Virus record (IMG/VR): IMGVR_UViG_3300044609_000988
Location: 17,109 to 81,108 of that record
From: a virus
DNA: 64,000 bases
Strand: one strand, 5' to 3'
Part shown: positions 27,540 through 37,915 of the stretch, one piece after another
How positions within the stretch are numbered: position 1 is the first letter of the stretch
Layout: each line of letters opens with the position of its first letter
The notes under the pieces: generated by a model
The model's input: the letters and a program-made list of their open reading frames with translations, nothing else
The model's database searches: none
What the model was told of the DNA's origin: nothing
Program-made: the position numbers and the translations under genes

Positions 27540-30500
27540 ATGAGTTTTCAATTCAATTCTGATAAAGAAATAATTCAGGCAGTTAATCCAAAACTCGTTG
27601 GTAGTAACGAACTTACTATTAGATCTGGAGAAGGCGCTTCTGAAAAAGAAATTTTTAGAGCACAATTAGATTCTCAAACTGGTTTACCAAGAGTTGGTAT
27701 TAACAGAACTGGCAGACGAGTAGAAAGTATTAGGATTAATGAAGGTCAGGGAGGTACTGGTTACACACTAACTCCAAACGTAACTCTAACTGCACCAGAT
27801 TTACCAAATGGTATTCAGGCTCTAGCTTCTGCTGTTGTTTTCAATGGCTCTGTTGTTGCTATTATTGTTGATAATTCTGGCGATGGATATTCGTTAGCTC
27901 CTGAAGTAACTATTACTGGAGGAAATGGTTCTGGCGCTGCTGCTACTGCTGTTTTGGACACAGTAGATTTTGAACTCGATATCAACGGTGCTATCCGAAC
28001 ATCAACCTCAATTATTTCTGATACTGCTCGCATCTTAAACCTTGATATTGATAATTTTGTTACTCCCGATGCTAGTTTTAGAGCACCAAATTTAAAAACT
28101 TGGGCTAACGGCACTGGTACTCAATTTGTACCAAACGTAGTATTACAAAAAGATTCTTATAGATATGCTGCGGATAATATCTATCAGGCATTAAACACAG
28201 GAACAACAGGCTCTTCATTACCCATCCACAAAGATGGTATCGCTCTAAGTGGAGATGTTCAATTAAAGCATGTTGGTTATAGAGTAAATGATGTAAATGC
28301 TCCGCACTATTTACAAACTGGAGAATCTGGTTTATTTCCAAGATCAATTACTCCTCTTCTTGGTGATAAATCAGATAAAATTGCTACCACAGAATATGTT
28401 CTGAACCTAGCTACTAATGACGTAGGTGGTCGTGTTTATGTTTCTGCCCAAATTGGTAATGATCAAAATGATGGTCGTTCTGCTGTTGCTCCAGTAAGAA
28501 CTATTAAACGTGCTTGCCAAATTGCTTCGGCAACAGTAGGTGTTAAAGAAACTGTTATTATTTCGGGTGGCGACTATGTAGAAGATAACCCAATTTCAAT
28601 TCCAGCAGATTGTTCAATTGTTGGTGACAACTTACGTCTAGTAATTGTCAGACCAGCAAATCCCCGTAAACACATGTTTAAATTTGGGGATAAAAACTAT
28701 CTAACAGGTCTTGTTTTCAGAGATCAAATTGATAGTAATGGGGATCCTGTGGCAACATGGGATTACGCCATGGTCTTTGATGACAAGCAAAGAATTTATT
28801 ATGATTCTACTACTGGAGGAGATTTCGGAAGAAGCTTTCCGATTGGTCATCAAATTTTTGGACCACCTAGAATTAGAGTATCATTCCAAAACCACACTGG
28901 CGGAACAGAATTAATTGCTGGGTTGAGCGTAAGTGGTATTAACACTGGCGCTTCGGGTTTAATTGCTGGCGTCACTTTTGAATCTACAACTGGCCCCGAT
29001 GCTTATGTAAATGGTACAATTGATGTTGATATTACCAGTGGTTCGTTCAACAACGGAGAAACATTTGAATATACAGTAGGTATTGCTCCAGCACAGCAAA
29101 CATATGATTTCATTTCTACTGATATTACATCAATTAGAGCTGAAGGAGAAGTTGTATCTAATAACAAAGATTTAGCAATATCTTTACCAATTGTACGTAT
29201 TGATTTTTCTCAACAAGGGACCGCAGAAACTTCCGAAGGGGGTTTCCAGTATGATCCAGCAGAGGATAATTCGGGTGGTATTGTTTTCTACACCAACGCT
29301 CTAGTTGGTAGACAAAATACTCATGACTTTAAGGAAGGACAGCAAATTGAAATTCAAGGTCTCCCTATATCAGGACCAGATCTTTCTTATTTAAATGGCA
29401 AGCAAAGAATTTATAAAATTCTTCGTGATGCTGATGGAAGATCTAGAAGATTTGTTATTCAAAATAAACAAGATGAAAGTTTAACAGATTCTAATTTTAT
29501 TCCAAATAATGCTTCTGTAAAATCATATGATTATTCTGTAACAGTATCTCTATTAAACTCACCAAACAAATTTGGGGTTGCTGAGTCAGTTTCCAGAAGA
29601 TTTCAGGATGCTTGTATCTTAATTCGTAATAATATTCCTTTTATTGTTGATGAAGCTTATCTACAAATTAAAGATGAATTTGAGTATCTTGCTGTCCCAA
29701 ATGAACAAAAATGTCGTAGAGATATTGGTCATTTTCTAAATGCTCTCATTCGTGACTTAGAATATGGAAGCAATTACCACACAATTGAAGCAGCTCAAAC
29801 ATATATTCAAAATGCTCAAATTGGATATTTGGGTAATGAAATTACCGAATCAGTAAGAGCATACGAGATCGCTAAAGATCTTGCTATCTTAGCGATGAGA
29901 AGATGGAGAACTGGCAATGGTCAACTTGCCAATTCATTATACACTCCACTATATTCATCGATTACTAGATATTTTGACCCAACTGTTATTCAAGACACTC
30001 TGGGAGCGGCCTGTGAGGACGTAGCAAGCGCCATCAATACCCTTGGGTATCTTTTTGTTGCAGTAATCACAAACAACGCTGTAGACCGTTATCTAGACGC
30101 CTCAGAGCTGATTGCTCGTAATACTGATTTGATTGCCGAAGAAGCGGTAGGTTTTGTGCGAGCACAATATCCTGATCTTAATTTAAACCAAGATAACTCA
30201 GAATCAAACAGATTTGTAGATGCAGCAAATTTAATTTTTGCTAACAAAGATGAAATTCAAGATAAAGCATTAGCACAAATTTCTGTAGAGTATAGCGAAG
30301 CATCTTGGGGTACTGATTGGGTTATTCCTGGTGATACAATTAACCAAGACAATAAGAGAAACTTAGATTCTTATAGATTAATTCAAAAAAATAGAACAGA
30401 AATTGTTAATAGTTCTTGGACACAATTAATTGCTCAATATCCAGGAGTAAGTACAACAGAAACTAAGTGCAAGAGAGACATTGGCTACTTTGTAGATGCT

Positions 30501-33500
30501 GTTTCGTTAGACGTATTTTTAGGTGGCAATAAGTATTCCAGAAAGTTTACTTTACAATATTTTAATAACGGAGCACCAATTTCAAATGGACTAGTTGGTG
30601 AGGAAACACAATCAGTATTTGCTTTTAATCAAGCCAGAGACTTGATGAAGTCGGCTATCACTAATCAGCTGACCTATAAAGATTTAACTATCACAGCAGA
30701 TTCTGCCACTGGTTCAAATACCTCCACATCATCTTGTTCTGACGTACAAACAAATATTACTAACCTTGTTTCCATAGTTACTGCAGTAATTTCTGCTGGA
30801 AATACAACTTCTCTGCCAGCAGAAAATGCTGGAACCATTTACAGCGGTTCATCGAAGTGCAGAAGAGATATTGGTTATTTTGCAACTGCTATTGCAAACG
30901 ATTTGGTCAGTGGAGGCAATTCAAATATTATCGAAGTTGCGAAATCATATTTCAATAACGGAACTCCAATTAGTAACGGTCTAGTGGGAGAAGAAGCTCA
31001 ATCAGTTATTGCTTTCAACAAAGCAAAAGATCTAATGAAGTTGGCTATCACTAACCAACTTTACGCAAAAGATTTGACACTAACAGCTGATCCTCTTACC
31101 AATAACAACCAAGATCCAAATTCTTGTGCTAATGTCAAAACTGCTATTGATACCCTTGCCGCTATTGCTGTTACTTCTATTACCAATGGCAATTTAACTT
31201 CTTTACCAACAGTAAACACTGGAAATACTGATATATGTAAGAGAGATATCAAGTATATTCTTTCTGCGGTAAGAAGAGATTTAACTCTTGGTGGAAATGC
31301 TGGTATGCTTACCGCTGCCGAAGCATACTTTACTGGAGCACAATTAACTGGAATACCAGAAGAAGAACTATCACCAACTCGTTATGCTTTTGAAAAAGTA
31401 AGAGATTTAGCCATTCTGGCAATGAGAAATTGGAAGACTGGTAACGGTACTGGAACTGTTTATATTCCAACATACACAATTAAGCAGCAATATATTGATT
31501 CAACTATTGCTATTGATCCAGGAACTCCTATTTGTGCGAATGTTGCTTCATCTATTACAACATCATTTGCTTTACTGGATGATGTTCTTTCTGGGGAAAT
31601 TCTTCCTGGTGCTACAGAAAAAACATACGGCACTTTATATGATACAACAAATATAGTATCTTTCCCAGACAATACTTTATACGATGCTAATAATAAGGTA
31701 ATTACTCCAAGAGCAACTTGGGATGATCTTCCTTATATTGAAGCTTCTCCATACACGCAAAACGCCTCAGTTATTTCATTCTTAGGCGGTGGTGGTGCTC
31801 TCATTGATGGTAGTAAAGTATCCCAGCCAAACTGCCCATTCCCAGGATTAGAATTAGACGGTTCGGCATCATTCCCAAATCAGGGTAAATCAATGGTGGC
31901 GGCAGCGTTCACTATTGTGTCCTTCAATGGTGTTGGATATAAAATTATCAATGATGGATATGTACAGTTGGTTTCTGTATTCGTTCTATTTGCTGCTGAT
32001 GGTGTACTTGCTGAGTCTGGTGGTTACGCTTCTATTACCAACTCAGCCACTAACTTCGGCATCTATGCTTTAAGAGCAAGAGGATACAATAATTTTGCGT
32101 ATAGTTTTGACGTTGGTACAATCACCAATGTATCCACAACCCCAACTGGAAGAACAATCTTTACAGTGGATGGTTTAGGTAGAGAACCACTAGAACATTA
32201 TATTGTAAAAATTGATGGTTACAGCAACTTAAATCCAGAAATTGAATACTTTATCGATACTGTTTCTGGAGTTACAGTTGGTCCCCCATTCTCTGCTCAA
32301 ATTACTTTAGAAAGTGGTTCTGGAGATCCAGCAGAATTTATTCGTGATTCCGACAATGTAGCTGTTAGCACAGGAATTGGGGAATTTTCTGGAAAAACTA
32401 TAAGATTACACAGACCATCTATCGTTAACTCTTCATCGCACACATGGGAATTTGCTGGTTCTGGCACTAACTACAATGCTCTACCAGAAAACGGTGGTGT
32501 TAAGATTGATGCTAACGAGCAAGTATCTCAGGATTATGGACGTGTTTACTGCTCGGGCACAGATGAACTTGGTGACTTTAAAGTAGGTACTTTTGCTAAG
32601 ATCGAAAACAGAACTGGTAACATTACCTTTACAGGTACAGTTACAATTTCGGAAGTTGAATTCCTTAAATTGAAAGGTGGCGACGTTGTTGTTACTGGTT
32701 TTGATAACTCAAATACACTTGGCGGAGCTAATACAACCGACTCCAAACTACCAACTCAAAAGGCAGTTAGAGATTATATTACTAACAACCTCGGTCCTTA
32801 TATTAATAAACCATATTCCACAAATGCTGTTCCTAGAGCACTTGTAGAATTAACAGATTCTGGTAAAATTTCTATTGATCAGATTCCTCCACTACGTCCA
32901 TTTAACGTATATACAATAGAGGATCAAGCAGAAAGACTTTCGATCGAAGGTGCTCTTGCTGGTGATATTGCTATTCAACAAGACACTGGCACTTCATATA
33001 TTTTAAATAATGATAATGATAGCCTATTTGTTTCCTTTGCTGTAGATACTGACTTAGTATTTACAATTGGAAATATTTTTACAGGTGATATTTCTGGCGG
33101 CCAAATTCAAGCTACAGAGTATCGCACTGGAGTAGTTTATCAAATTAGTCTTTCTAATGCTGGTTCTGGATATACAATTGCTCCAACAGTAACTATTTCT
33201 GGAGGCAATCCTGGTGCTGGGGCTGTTCAAGCAAGTGCTATTGCTACAATTGCCAATGGTCAAGTTGTGACCGTACAAATTATAGAGTTCAATGGGTTTG
33301 TTGGGGGCAAGGGATACACAACACCACCAACAATTACATTCTCTTCTCCTGGTGGTGCTGGAATTACTGCGACAGGTTCTTGCTTAATTGAAAGTAGATT
33401 ATATGGCGATATCGTCAATAATGTTAAAATAACAGATACCGATACAATTCAGTCTAGCAATTCTCCCACAGATACAGTAAACATAAACAGATCTGTAAAT

Positions 33501-36500
33501 ACCTCTGCTAATAATATTAATAATTGGGTATCACTTTCAACTACACAAATTTCTGCTACTGATATTACTTCTGGCGTTATTTCTACATCAAGACTTGCTA
33601 ATAACTCAGATGCTGCTAACTCATTTACTTTCTTAAGAGGAGATCAAAGCTATGCTCCTGTTCTTCAGTCGATTAAAGGAGCAGAAGTAAGATACTTTGC
33701 TAAGCTAATTCAGCAAGCAAATACTGGATCTTCTCAGTTAGTATTCAGCACAAATTCCAATACATTACTTGGTCACTCAGTTATTGATAATGTATCTGGT
33801 ATTGCTCCAAATACCAATATAACTGGCGTATTGAGTGCTGCTGGTATTACTACTGTATCGATCAATAATCCATTATCTCAAAATATTCCTTCAGGAACAA
33901 TTATAGAATTTTTGAGAGGCGCTTCTCCACTTACTTTTGAATCATCTTTAACACAAGGTAATTTTGTTGATAACATTGTTGTTTCTAATGGAGGTTCTGG
34001 TTATACCAGTGGTCAATATTTTGATGTTCCATTAACAGGCGGTTCTGGAACAGGACTACGTTGTAATATTATTGTTTCTGGAGGTTCTGTTACAGAAGTA
34101 ACAACCACTAATAGTGGTCAAAATTACACAGGCGACTTTAATATCACTTCTTCTCCTGCTGCTATTGGTCCAGGATCTGGATTAGTTTTAGCAGCTAAAA
34201 TTAGCACTGTTAATCGTCAATATGCCAATACTTCAATAGACATTCAAAGAGTTAGTGATCTAACAATTTCGGCAGACCCATTCGGTACGGTTGGTGTTTC
34301 TAGATTCCTTAAGTCACAATTTATTATTGGTCAAGCTGGAAACGGTTCCATTCAATTAAAAACTGGTCCTGATAGTGGTCTTGATGCTGACTTACTTGAT
34401 GGTGCTCAGGGTGCTTTCTATCTAAATGCCAGTAACCTAAACTCTGGTACTGTATCAACAGATCGTCTATCTGGAACATACAACATAAGTATTTCTGGAC
34501 AATCTGGTAATACATTACGTCTAATTTCATCAACTTCAAACCCAACTTCAAACCCATCACCTAGCAATTTCGCTACTGGTGTTATCACTGATACAAAAAA
34601 TAATAGCTCCGATGGTTTGAATGATGGTGGCTCAAGACACCTAGTAATGTCCATCAGAAATGGTGGTGCTGGATTTGACGCTACCTTCGGTGGTGTTAGA
34701 CAACTAGCATTTACTGATAATGATAATATGTGGCTTCGTGGTTCTGGCACGGGGGTAAGTGAATTTGGCTCATGGGGTAAAGTTTGGACTTCACTTAATG
34801 ACGGTCCAGGAACTGATATGGATGCCGATAAACTTGATAACCGTCAAGGTACATGGTATCAAAATGCTTTAAATATTAACTTCGGAACTCTCAGTGATAA
34901 TAGATTACCAACATATCAAACCACAAAGAGTTTCAACAGTTCCATTAAACTTTTAACAACTACAAATAATCCAAGATATAAAATTTATGTCAGCGGTTTA
35001 TTATTAACAACTGCCCCATTCCTTGCTGGTTTAGAAGTTAATCTGTATAATGCCAATGCTCAAGGAACAGGAACAATTTTAATTACAAATATTGAGACAT
35101 TTGATGATGCTAATGATAACAATAATGATTACACTATCATTACTGGTTCTTTACAAACAGGCACATTTATCGGAGCCCTAACAATTGGTACAGCAAGTAA
35201 CAGAATTACATTCCAAGATTTCAGTCTTGATGCAACTGGCACTTTCCAAACCGCTTCGCTTGATAGTGATGGTGGCATTGCTAGATTAAAACTGGGTAGA
35301 AAAGATGGCACTGCTTCAGCTCCAGCTATTTACTTCAATTCTAGCCAATTAGCAGCTACAAATTATAATGCTGCTATTGTATCTTCTGGAGGAAATGCTA
35401 CTGATGGTAGTGGTACATTAAATGTACTTGTAGCTAGTGCTAATGGATTAACAGTTAATAACAACACTGTTTGGAACGCTGGAAATGTAACGTTCAATAG
35501 CACTAATGTTTTAAGCACTGCAGTTATTCGTGATGCGTCTGGCAACTTTGCTGCTGGTACTATTACCGCTGCTTTAACTGGCGCTGCTTCGGCAAACGTC
35601 TTAAAGGCTGGCGATACCATGACTGGTTCGCTAACAATTAGCGGAGCAAGTAGTAATTTAAGTGTCGGCGGAACTCTTGGGGTTACAGGTAATACTACTT
35701 TATCTGGTAGCTTGACGGTTGACACAAATACTTTATTTGTTGACTCTACGAATAATAGGGTTGGTATTGGAACAAATTCTCCTGTTGGTCCATTATCACT
35801 TGATGTTAATGGAAAAGGAAGATTTATTGGCAATGCAGAAAATGGCAATGGTGGATATGCTTTATCTGTATGGGCTACAGGAGCATCTCAAAATACAGGT
35901 ATTTCGTTCTACCCAACATTTGATAATTTCCCTTCTGATACTGGCCCAAGAAGAGCAGTTGATTTAATTGCTGGATTTGATGGTGGAACATGGGAAACAC
36001 AATATTTTGCCATTCACGTTGGTGGTTCTGGTGGAAATGATGTTCAAAATATCACAACAGAAAGATTAAGAATTATAAACACAGGTGAAGTTGGTATTGG
36101 AAGAACACCAGCAACTGGTTATTCATTAGATATTAATGGAAAGGCAAGAGTATCTACTGGATTTGAAATTGATAATAGTCTCGATAATTCAGGTGCTCCA
36201 TTATTCTTCTTTGGTTCTTCGTCAGCAAGAAACTTTAGAATTGGTAACCAGTTACTTGTTAATGATGTATTTGAAATCACGCCATCAACTACAGGTGGTG
36301 GTGCTACATTCACAACGCCAGCATTTTCTATTCGTGGTGCTGATGGTAATGTTGCTATTGGTTCAACTACATTTGCTAATCCAGGAAATACTATTCAATA
36401 TAAATTAAATGTTGCTGGTAATATTAACTTCACTGGAACTCTTTATCAAAATAATGAAGCTTTTGTAACTTCTAGATGGACTGCTTCATCGAATGGAACT

Positions 36501-36773
36501 GATATTCATAGATTATCTAAGGTCGGAATTAATAAAGCAGATCCAGCATATACGTTAGATGTTGGCGGAGATGTTAATTTAACTGGCAAAATATATGTTT
36601 CTGGTAATGCTCAGTGGATAGATACTAAAGGTATTATTAGAACTTCGTCAAATTTAATTAGCGAAGATATAACTATTCCTACTAATACTAATGCTGTAAG
36701 CACTGGACCACTAGTAATAAATACAAATAACATCATCACGATTTCTGAAGGTGCTGTTTGGACAATCGTGTAA
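27540..36773 (+). CDS. Long tail fibre-like structural protein (3077 aa): pectin-lyase-like entry motif, four C-x-R-D helical repeats, C-terminal fibre repeats
   Basis: VYVSAQIGNDQNDGRS..APVRTIKRA…GDYVE…SIVGDNLR; DSGLDADLLDG; repeated (N/G).VGI….P…LD(V/I).G; C-terminal GPLVI…ITISEGAVWTIV. Confidence 0.8.
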   Translation: MSFQFNSDKEIIQAVNPKLVGSNELTIRSGEGASEKEIFRAQLDSQTGLPRVGINRTGRRVESIRINEGQGGTGYTLTPNVTLTAPDLPNGIQALASAVVFNGSVVAIIVDNSGDGYSLAPEVTITGGNGSGAAATAVLDTVDFELDINGAIRTSTSIISDTARILNLDIDNFVTPDASFRAPNLKTWANGTGTQFVPNVVLQKDSYRYAADNIYQALNTGTTGSSLPIHKDGIALSGDVQLKHVGYRVNDVNAPHYLQTGESGLFPRSITPLLGDKSDKIATTEYVLNLATNDVGGRVYVSAQIGNDQNDGRSAVAPVRTIKRACQIASATVGVKETVIISGGDYVEDNPISIPADCSIVGDNLRLVIVRPANPRKHMFKFGDKNYLTGLVFRDQIDSNGDPVATWDYAMVFDDKQRIYYDSTTGGDFGRSFPIGHQIFGPPRIRVSFQNHTGGTELIAGLSVSGINTGASGLIAGVTFESTTGPDAYVNGTIDVDITSGSFNNGETFEYTVGIAPAQQTYDFISTDITSIRAEGEVVSNNKDLAISLPIVRIDFSQQGTAETSEGGFQYDPAEDNSGGIVFYTNALVGRQNTHDFKEGQQIEIQGLPISGPDLSYLNGKQRIYKILRDADGRSRRFVIQNKQDESLTDSNFIPNNASVKSYDYSVTVSLLNSPNKFGVAESVSRRFQDACILIRNNIPFIVDEAYLQIKDEFEYLAVPNEQKCRRDIGHFLNALIRDLEYGSNYHTIEAAQTYIQNAQIGYLGNEITESVRAYEIAKDLAILAMRRWRTGNGQLANSLYTPLYSSITRYFDPTVIQDTLGAACEDVASAINTLGYLFVAVITNNAVDRYLDASELIARNTDLIAEEAVGFVRAQYPDLNLNQDNSESNRFVDAANLIFANKDEIQDKALAQISVEYSEASWGTDWVIPGDTINQDNKRNLDSYRLIQKNRTEIVNSSWTQLIAQYPGVSTTETKCKRDIGYFVDAVSLDVFLGGNKYSRKFTLQYFNNGAPISNGLVGEETQSVFAFNQARDLMKSAITNQLTYKDLTITADSATGSNTSTSSCSDVQTNITNLVSIVTAVISAGNTTSLPAENAGTIYSGSSKCRRDIGYFATAIANDLVSGGNSNIIEVAKSYFNNGTPISNGLVGEEAQSVIAFNKAKDLMKLAITNQLYAKDLTLTADPLTNNNQDPNSCANVKTAIDTLAAIAVTSITNGNLTSLPTVNTGNTDICKRDIKYILSAVRRDLTLGGNAGMLTAAEAYFTGAQLTGIPEEELSPTRYAFEKVRDLAILAMRNWKTGNGTGTVYIPTYTIKQQYIDSTIAIDPGTPICANVASSITTSFALLDDVLSGEILPGATEKTYGTLYDTTNIVSFPDNTLYDANNKVITPRATWDDLPYIEASPYTQNASVISFLGGGGALIDGSKVSQPNCPFPGLELDGSASFPNQGKSMVAAAFTIVSFNGVGYKIINDGYVQLVSVFVLFAADGVLAESGGYASITNSATNFGIYALRARGYNNFAYSFDVGTITNVSTTPTGRTIFTVDGLGREPLEHYIVKIDGYSNLNPEIEYFIDTVSGVTVGPPFSAQITLESGSGDPAEFIRDSDNVAVSTGIGEFSGKTIRLHRPSIVNSSSHTWEFAGSGTNYNALPENGGVKIDANEQVSQDYGRVYCSGTDELGDFKVGTFAKIENRTGNITFTGTVTISEVEFLKLKGGDVVVTGFDNSNTLGGANTTDSKLPTQKAVRDYITNNLGPYINKPYSTNAVPRALVELTDSGKISIDQIPPLRPFNVYTIEDQAERLSIEGALAGDIAIQQDTGTSYILNNDNDSLFVSFAVDTDLVFTIGNIFTGDISGGQIQATEYRTGVVYQISLSNAGSGYTIAPTVTISGGNPGAGAVQASAIATIANGQVVTVQIIEFNGFVGGKGYTTPPTITFSSPGGAGITATGSCLIESRLYGDIVNNVKITDTDTIQSSNSPTDTVNINRSVNTSANNINNWVSLSTTQISATDITSGVISTSRLANNSDAANSFTFLRGDQSYAPVLQSIKGAEVRYFAKLIQQANTGSSQLVFSTNSNTLLGHSVIDNVSGIAPNTNITGVLSAAGITTVSINNPLSQNIPSGTIIEFLRGASPLTFESSLTQGNFVDNIVVSNGGSGYTSGQYFDVPLTGGSGTGLRCNIIVSGGSVTEVTTTNSGQNYTGDFNITSSPAAIGPGSGLVLAAKISTVNRQYANTSIDIQRVSDLTISADPFGTVGVSRFLKSQFIIGQAGNGSIQLKTGPDSGLDADLLDGAQGAFYLNASNLNSGTVSTDRLSGTYNISISGQSGNTLRLISSTSNPTSNPSPSNFATGVITDTKNNSSDGLNDGGSRHLVMSIRNGGAGFDATFGGVRQLAFTDNDNMWLRGSGTGVSEFGSWGKVWTSLNDGPGTDMDADKLDNRQGTWYQNALNINFGTLSDNRLPTYQTTKSFNSSIKLLTTTNNPRYKIYVSGLLLTTAPFLAGLEVNLYNANAQGTGTILITNIETFDDANDNNNDYTIITGSLQTGTFIGALTIGTASNRITFQDFSLDATGTFQTASLDSDGGIARLKLGRKDGTASAPAIYFNSSQLAATNYNAAIVSSGGNATDGSGTLNVLVASANGLTVNNNTVWNAGNVTFNSTNVLSTAVIRDASGNFAAGTITAALTGAASANVLKAGDTMTGSLTISGASSNLSVGGTLGVTGNTTLSGSLTVDTNTLFVDSTNNRVGIGTNSPVGPLSLDVNGKGRFIGNAENGNGGYALSVWATGASQNTGISFYPTFDNFPSDTGPRRAVDLIAGFDGGTWETQYFAIHVGGSGGNDVQNITTERLRIINTGEVGIGRTPATGYSLDINGKARVSTGFEIDNSLDNSGAPLFFFGSSSARNFRIGNQLLVNDVFEITPSTTGGGATFTTPAFSIRGADGNVAIGSTTFANPGNTIQYKLNVAGNINFTGTLYQNNEAFVTSRWTASSNGTDIHRLSKVGINKADPAYTLDVGGDVNLTGKIYVSGNAQWIDTKGIIRTSSNLISEDITIPTNTNAVSTGPLVINTNNIITISEGAVWTIV
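36716..36723 (+). promoter_or_regulatory. Possible late promoter (AATAAATA) inside the fibre gene 3' end, serving the adhesin array
   Basis: Motif match 65 nt before the 36788 start; the AT-rich context makes a chance match possible. Confidence 0.45.
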
Positions 36774-36787
36774 TAAAAAATAATTAA

Positions 36788-37669
36788 ATGGATCCAATTT
36801 CTTCAAAATTAACATCTAATAACATTAATATCTCCAGGGGATTAATTTTACCTGTTTACACCAATGACCCTGGGGATGGCAACCCAGGGGAGATTATTTA
36901 TGTTAATGGACAATTAAAATATTATAGAGAAGGAAAATGGTTATTCATAACTGATGGAAAGAAAGATGGATTGACAGAAGCCACTGCTGTTGACAAATCA
37001 ACAGATATTCTTGTAGCAAATCCATCTGCTCCCAGTGGTTGGTATTGGATAAAAACAAATAATGTAGCTAGACAATATTGGGTAGATAATACCTATGATG
37101 GTGGTGGATGGGTTTTGGTTGGCAGTCACCCAATTAATGTTTCAATTCAAGCTTTAACATATGCTCAAGCGGCAGAATCTTATTCAGGAAATGCTTCTTC
37201 TACATATGGAACAGGAGATCCAAAATCATATTCTGTTTGGGTTGGATTAAATGGATGGGATGCTATTGCTACAGCAAACGCTGCTGGCAGAAATTTTGTT
37301 TATTACACCGCTAATTCTCAAGTTTCTTTGGGATCTACTGCTTCGCATGTTAGAAGAAGTAGATGGAAGTGGAGCGGATGGAATTCTTTATATTCTTGGA
37401 ATAATGCCAACACTTTAATTAATGAAGTTGGTGCTTCTACTCCAGGTTTATGGTATTATCATATGTCATATAATTTCACTACATATGACAGAGACCAAGA
37501 TGCTTATAGTGCTAATTGTGCTACTCTTTATAATAATGCTCCTTGGTGGTATGGAGCTTGTTGGGATGGCAATTTTTGGGGAGGAAATGGAAGTGGATAT
37601 GCTAACGCTGCTTTCTGGACAGGTTCTGGAGGAGATTATTACAACTATGGAGCAATGTACGTAAAATGA
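36788..37669 (+). CDS. Putative adhesin 1: shared N-terminal module plus fibrinogen C-terminal (FReD)-like lectin domain
   Basis: SGWYWI…DGGGWVLV and FTTYDRDQDAYSANCA…APWWYGAC match the fibrinogen/ficolin consensus FST.D.DND….NCA….GGWWY..C. Confidence 0.8.
   Translation: MDPISSKLTSNNINISRGLILPVYTNDPGDGNPGEIIYVNGQLKYYREGKWLFITDGKKDGLTEATAVDKSTDILVANPSAPSGWYWIKTNNVARQYWVDNTYDGGGWVLVGSHPINVSIQALTYAQAAESYSGNASSTYGTGDPKSYSVWVGLNGWDAIATANAAGRNFVYYTANSQVSLGSTASHVRRSRWKWSGWNSLYSWNNANTLINEVGASTPGLWYYHMSYNFTTYDRDQDAYSANCATLYNNAPWWYGACWDGNFWGGNGSGYANAAFWTGSGGDYYNYGAMYVK
36802..36960 (+). repeat. Direct repeat copy 1 (~159 bp, 5' module of adhesin genes)
   Basis: ttcaaaattaacatc…ggattaattttacctgt…aatggacaattaaaatattat…ttcataac, shared with the copies at 37927 and 38903. 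Confidence 0.9.
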
Positions 37670-37911
37670 AAAAACCCTGTAATAGACTTAAAATAGCAAA
37701 AAACAAAATTGATGTTGATTCTGAAGGAATGTTTACTTATATCTTTGAATGGTATAATAATGAAAAATTAATGATACAAGAACCATACAAAATTCAATCA
37801 GATAATTATGGATTACCAATTGAAAATTATAATATTAATGAAATGATCGAACATAAACAATATTGTTGTTTAGAAATAGATTCAAATACTCTAAAAATAG
37901 AAGAAATTTAA
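37666..37911 (+). CDS. Small hypothetical protein, possible partner/chaperone of adhesin 1
   Basis: ATGA overlap with the adhesin 1 stop; 81 aa; fills the gap to the next gene. Confidence 0.65.
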   Translation: MKKPCNRLKIAKNKIDVDSEGMFTYIFEWYNNEKLMIQEPYKIQSDNYGLPIENYNINEMIEHKQYCCLEIDSNTLKIEEI

Positions 37912-37915
37912 TCCA

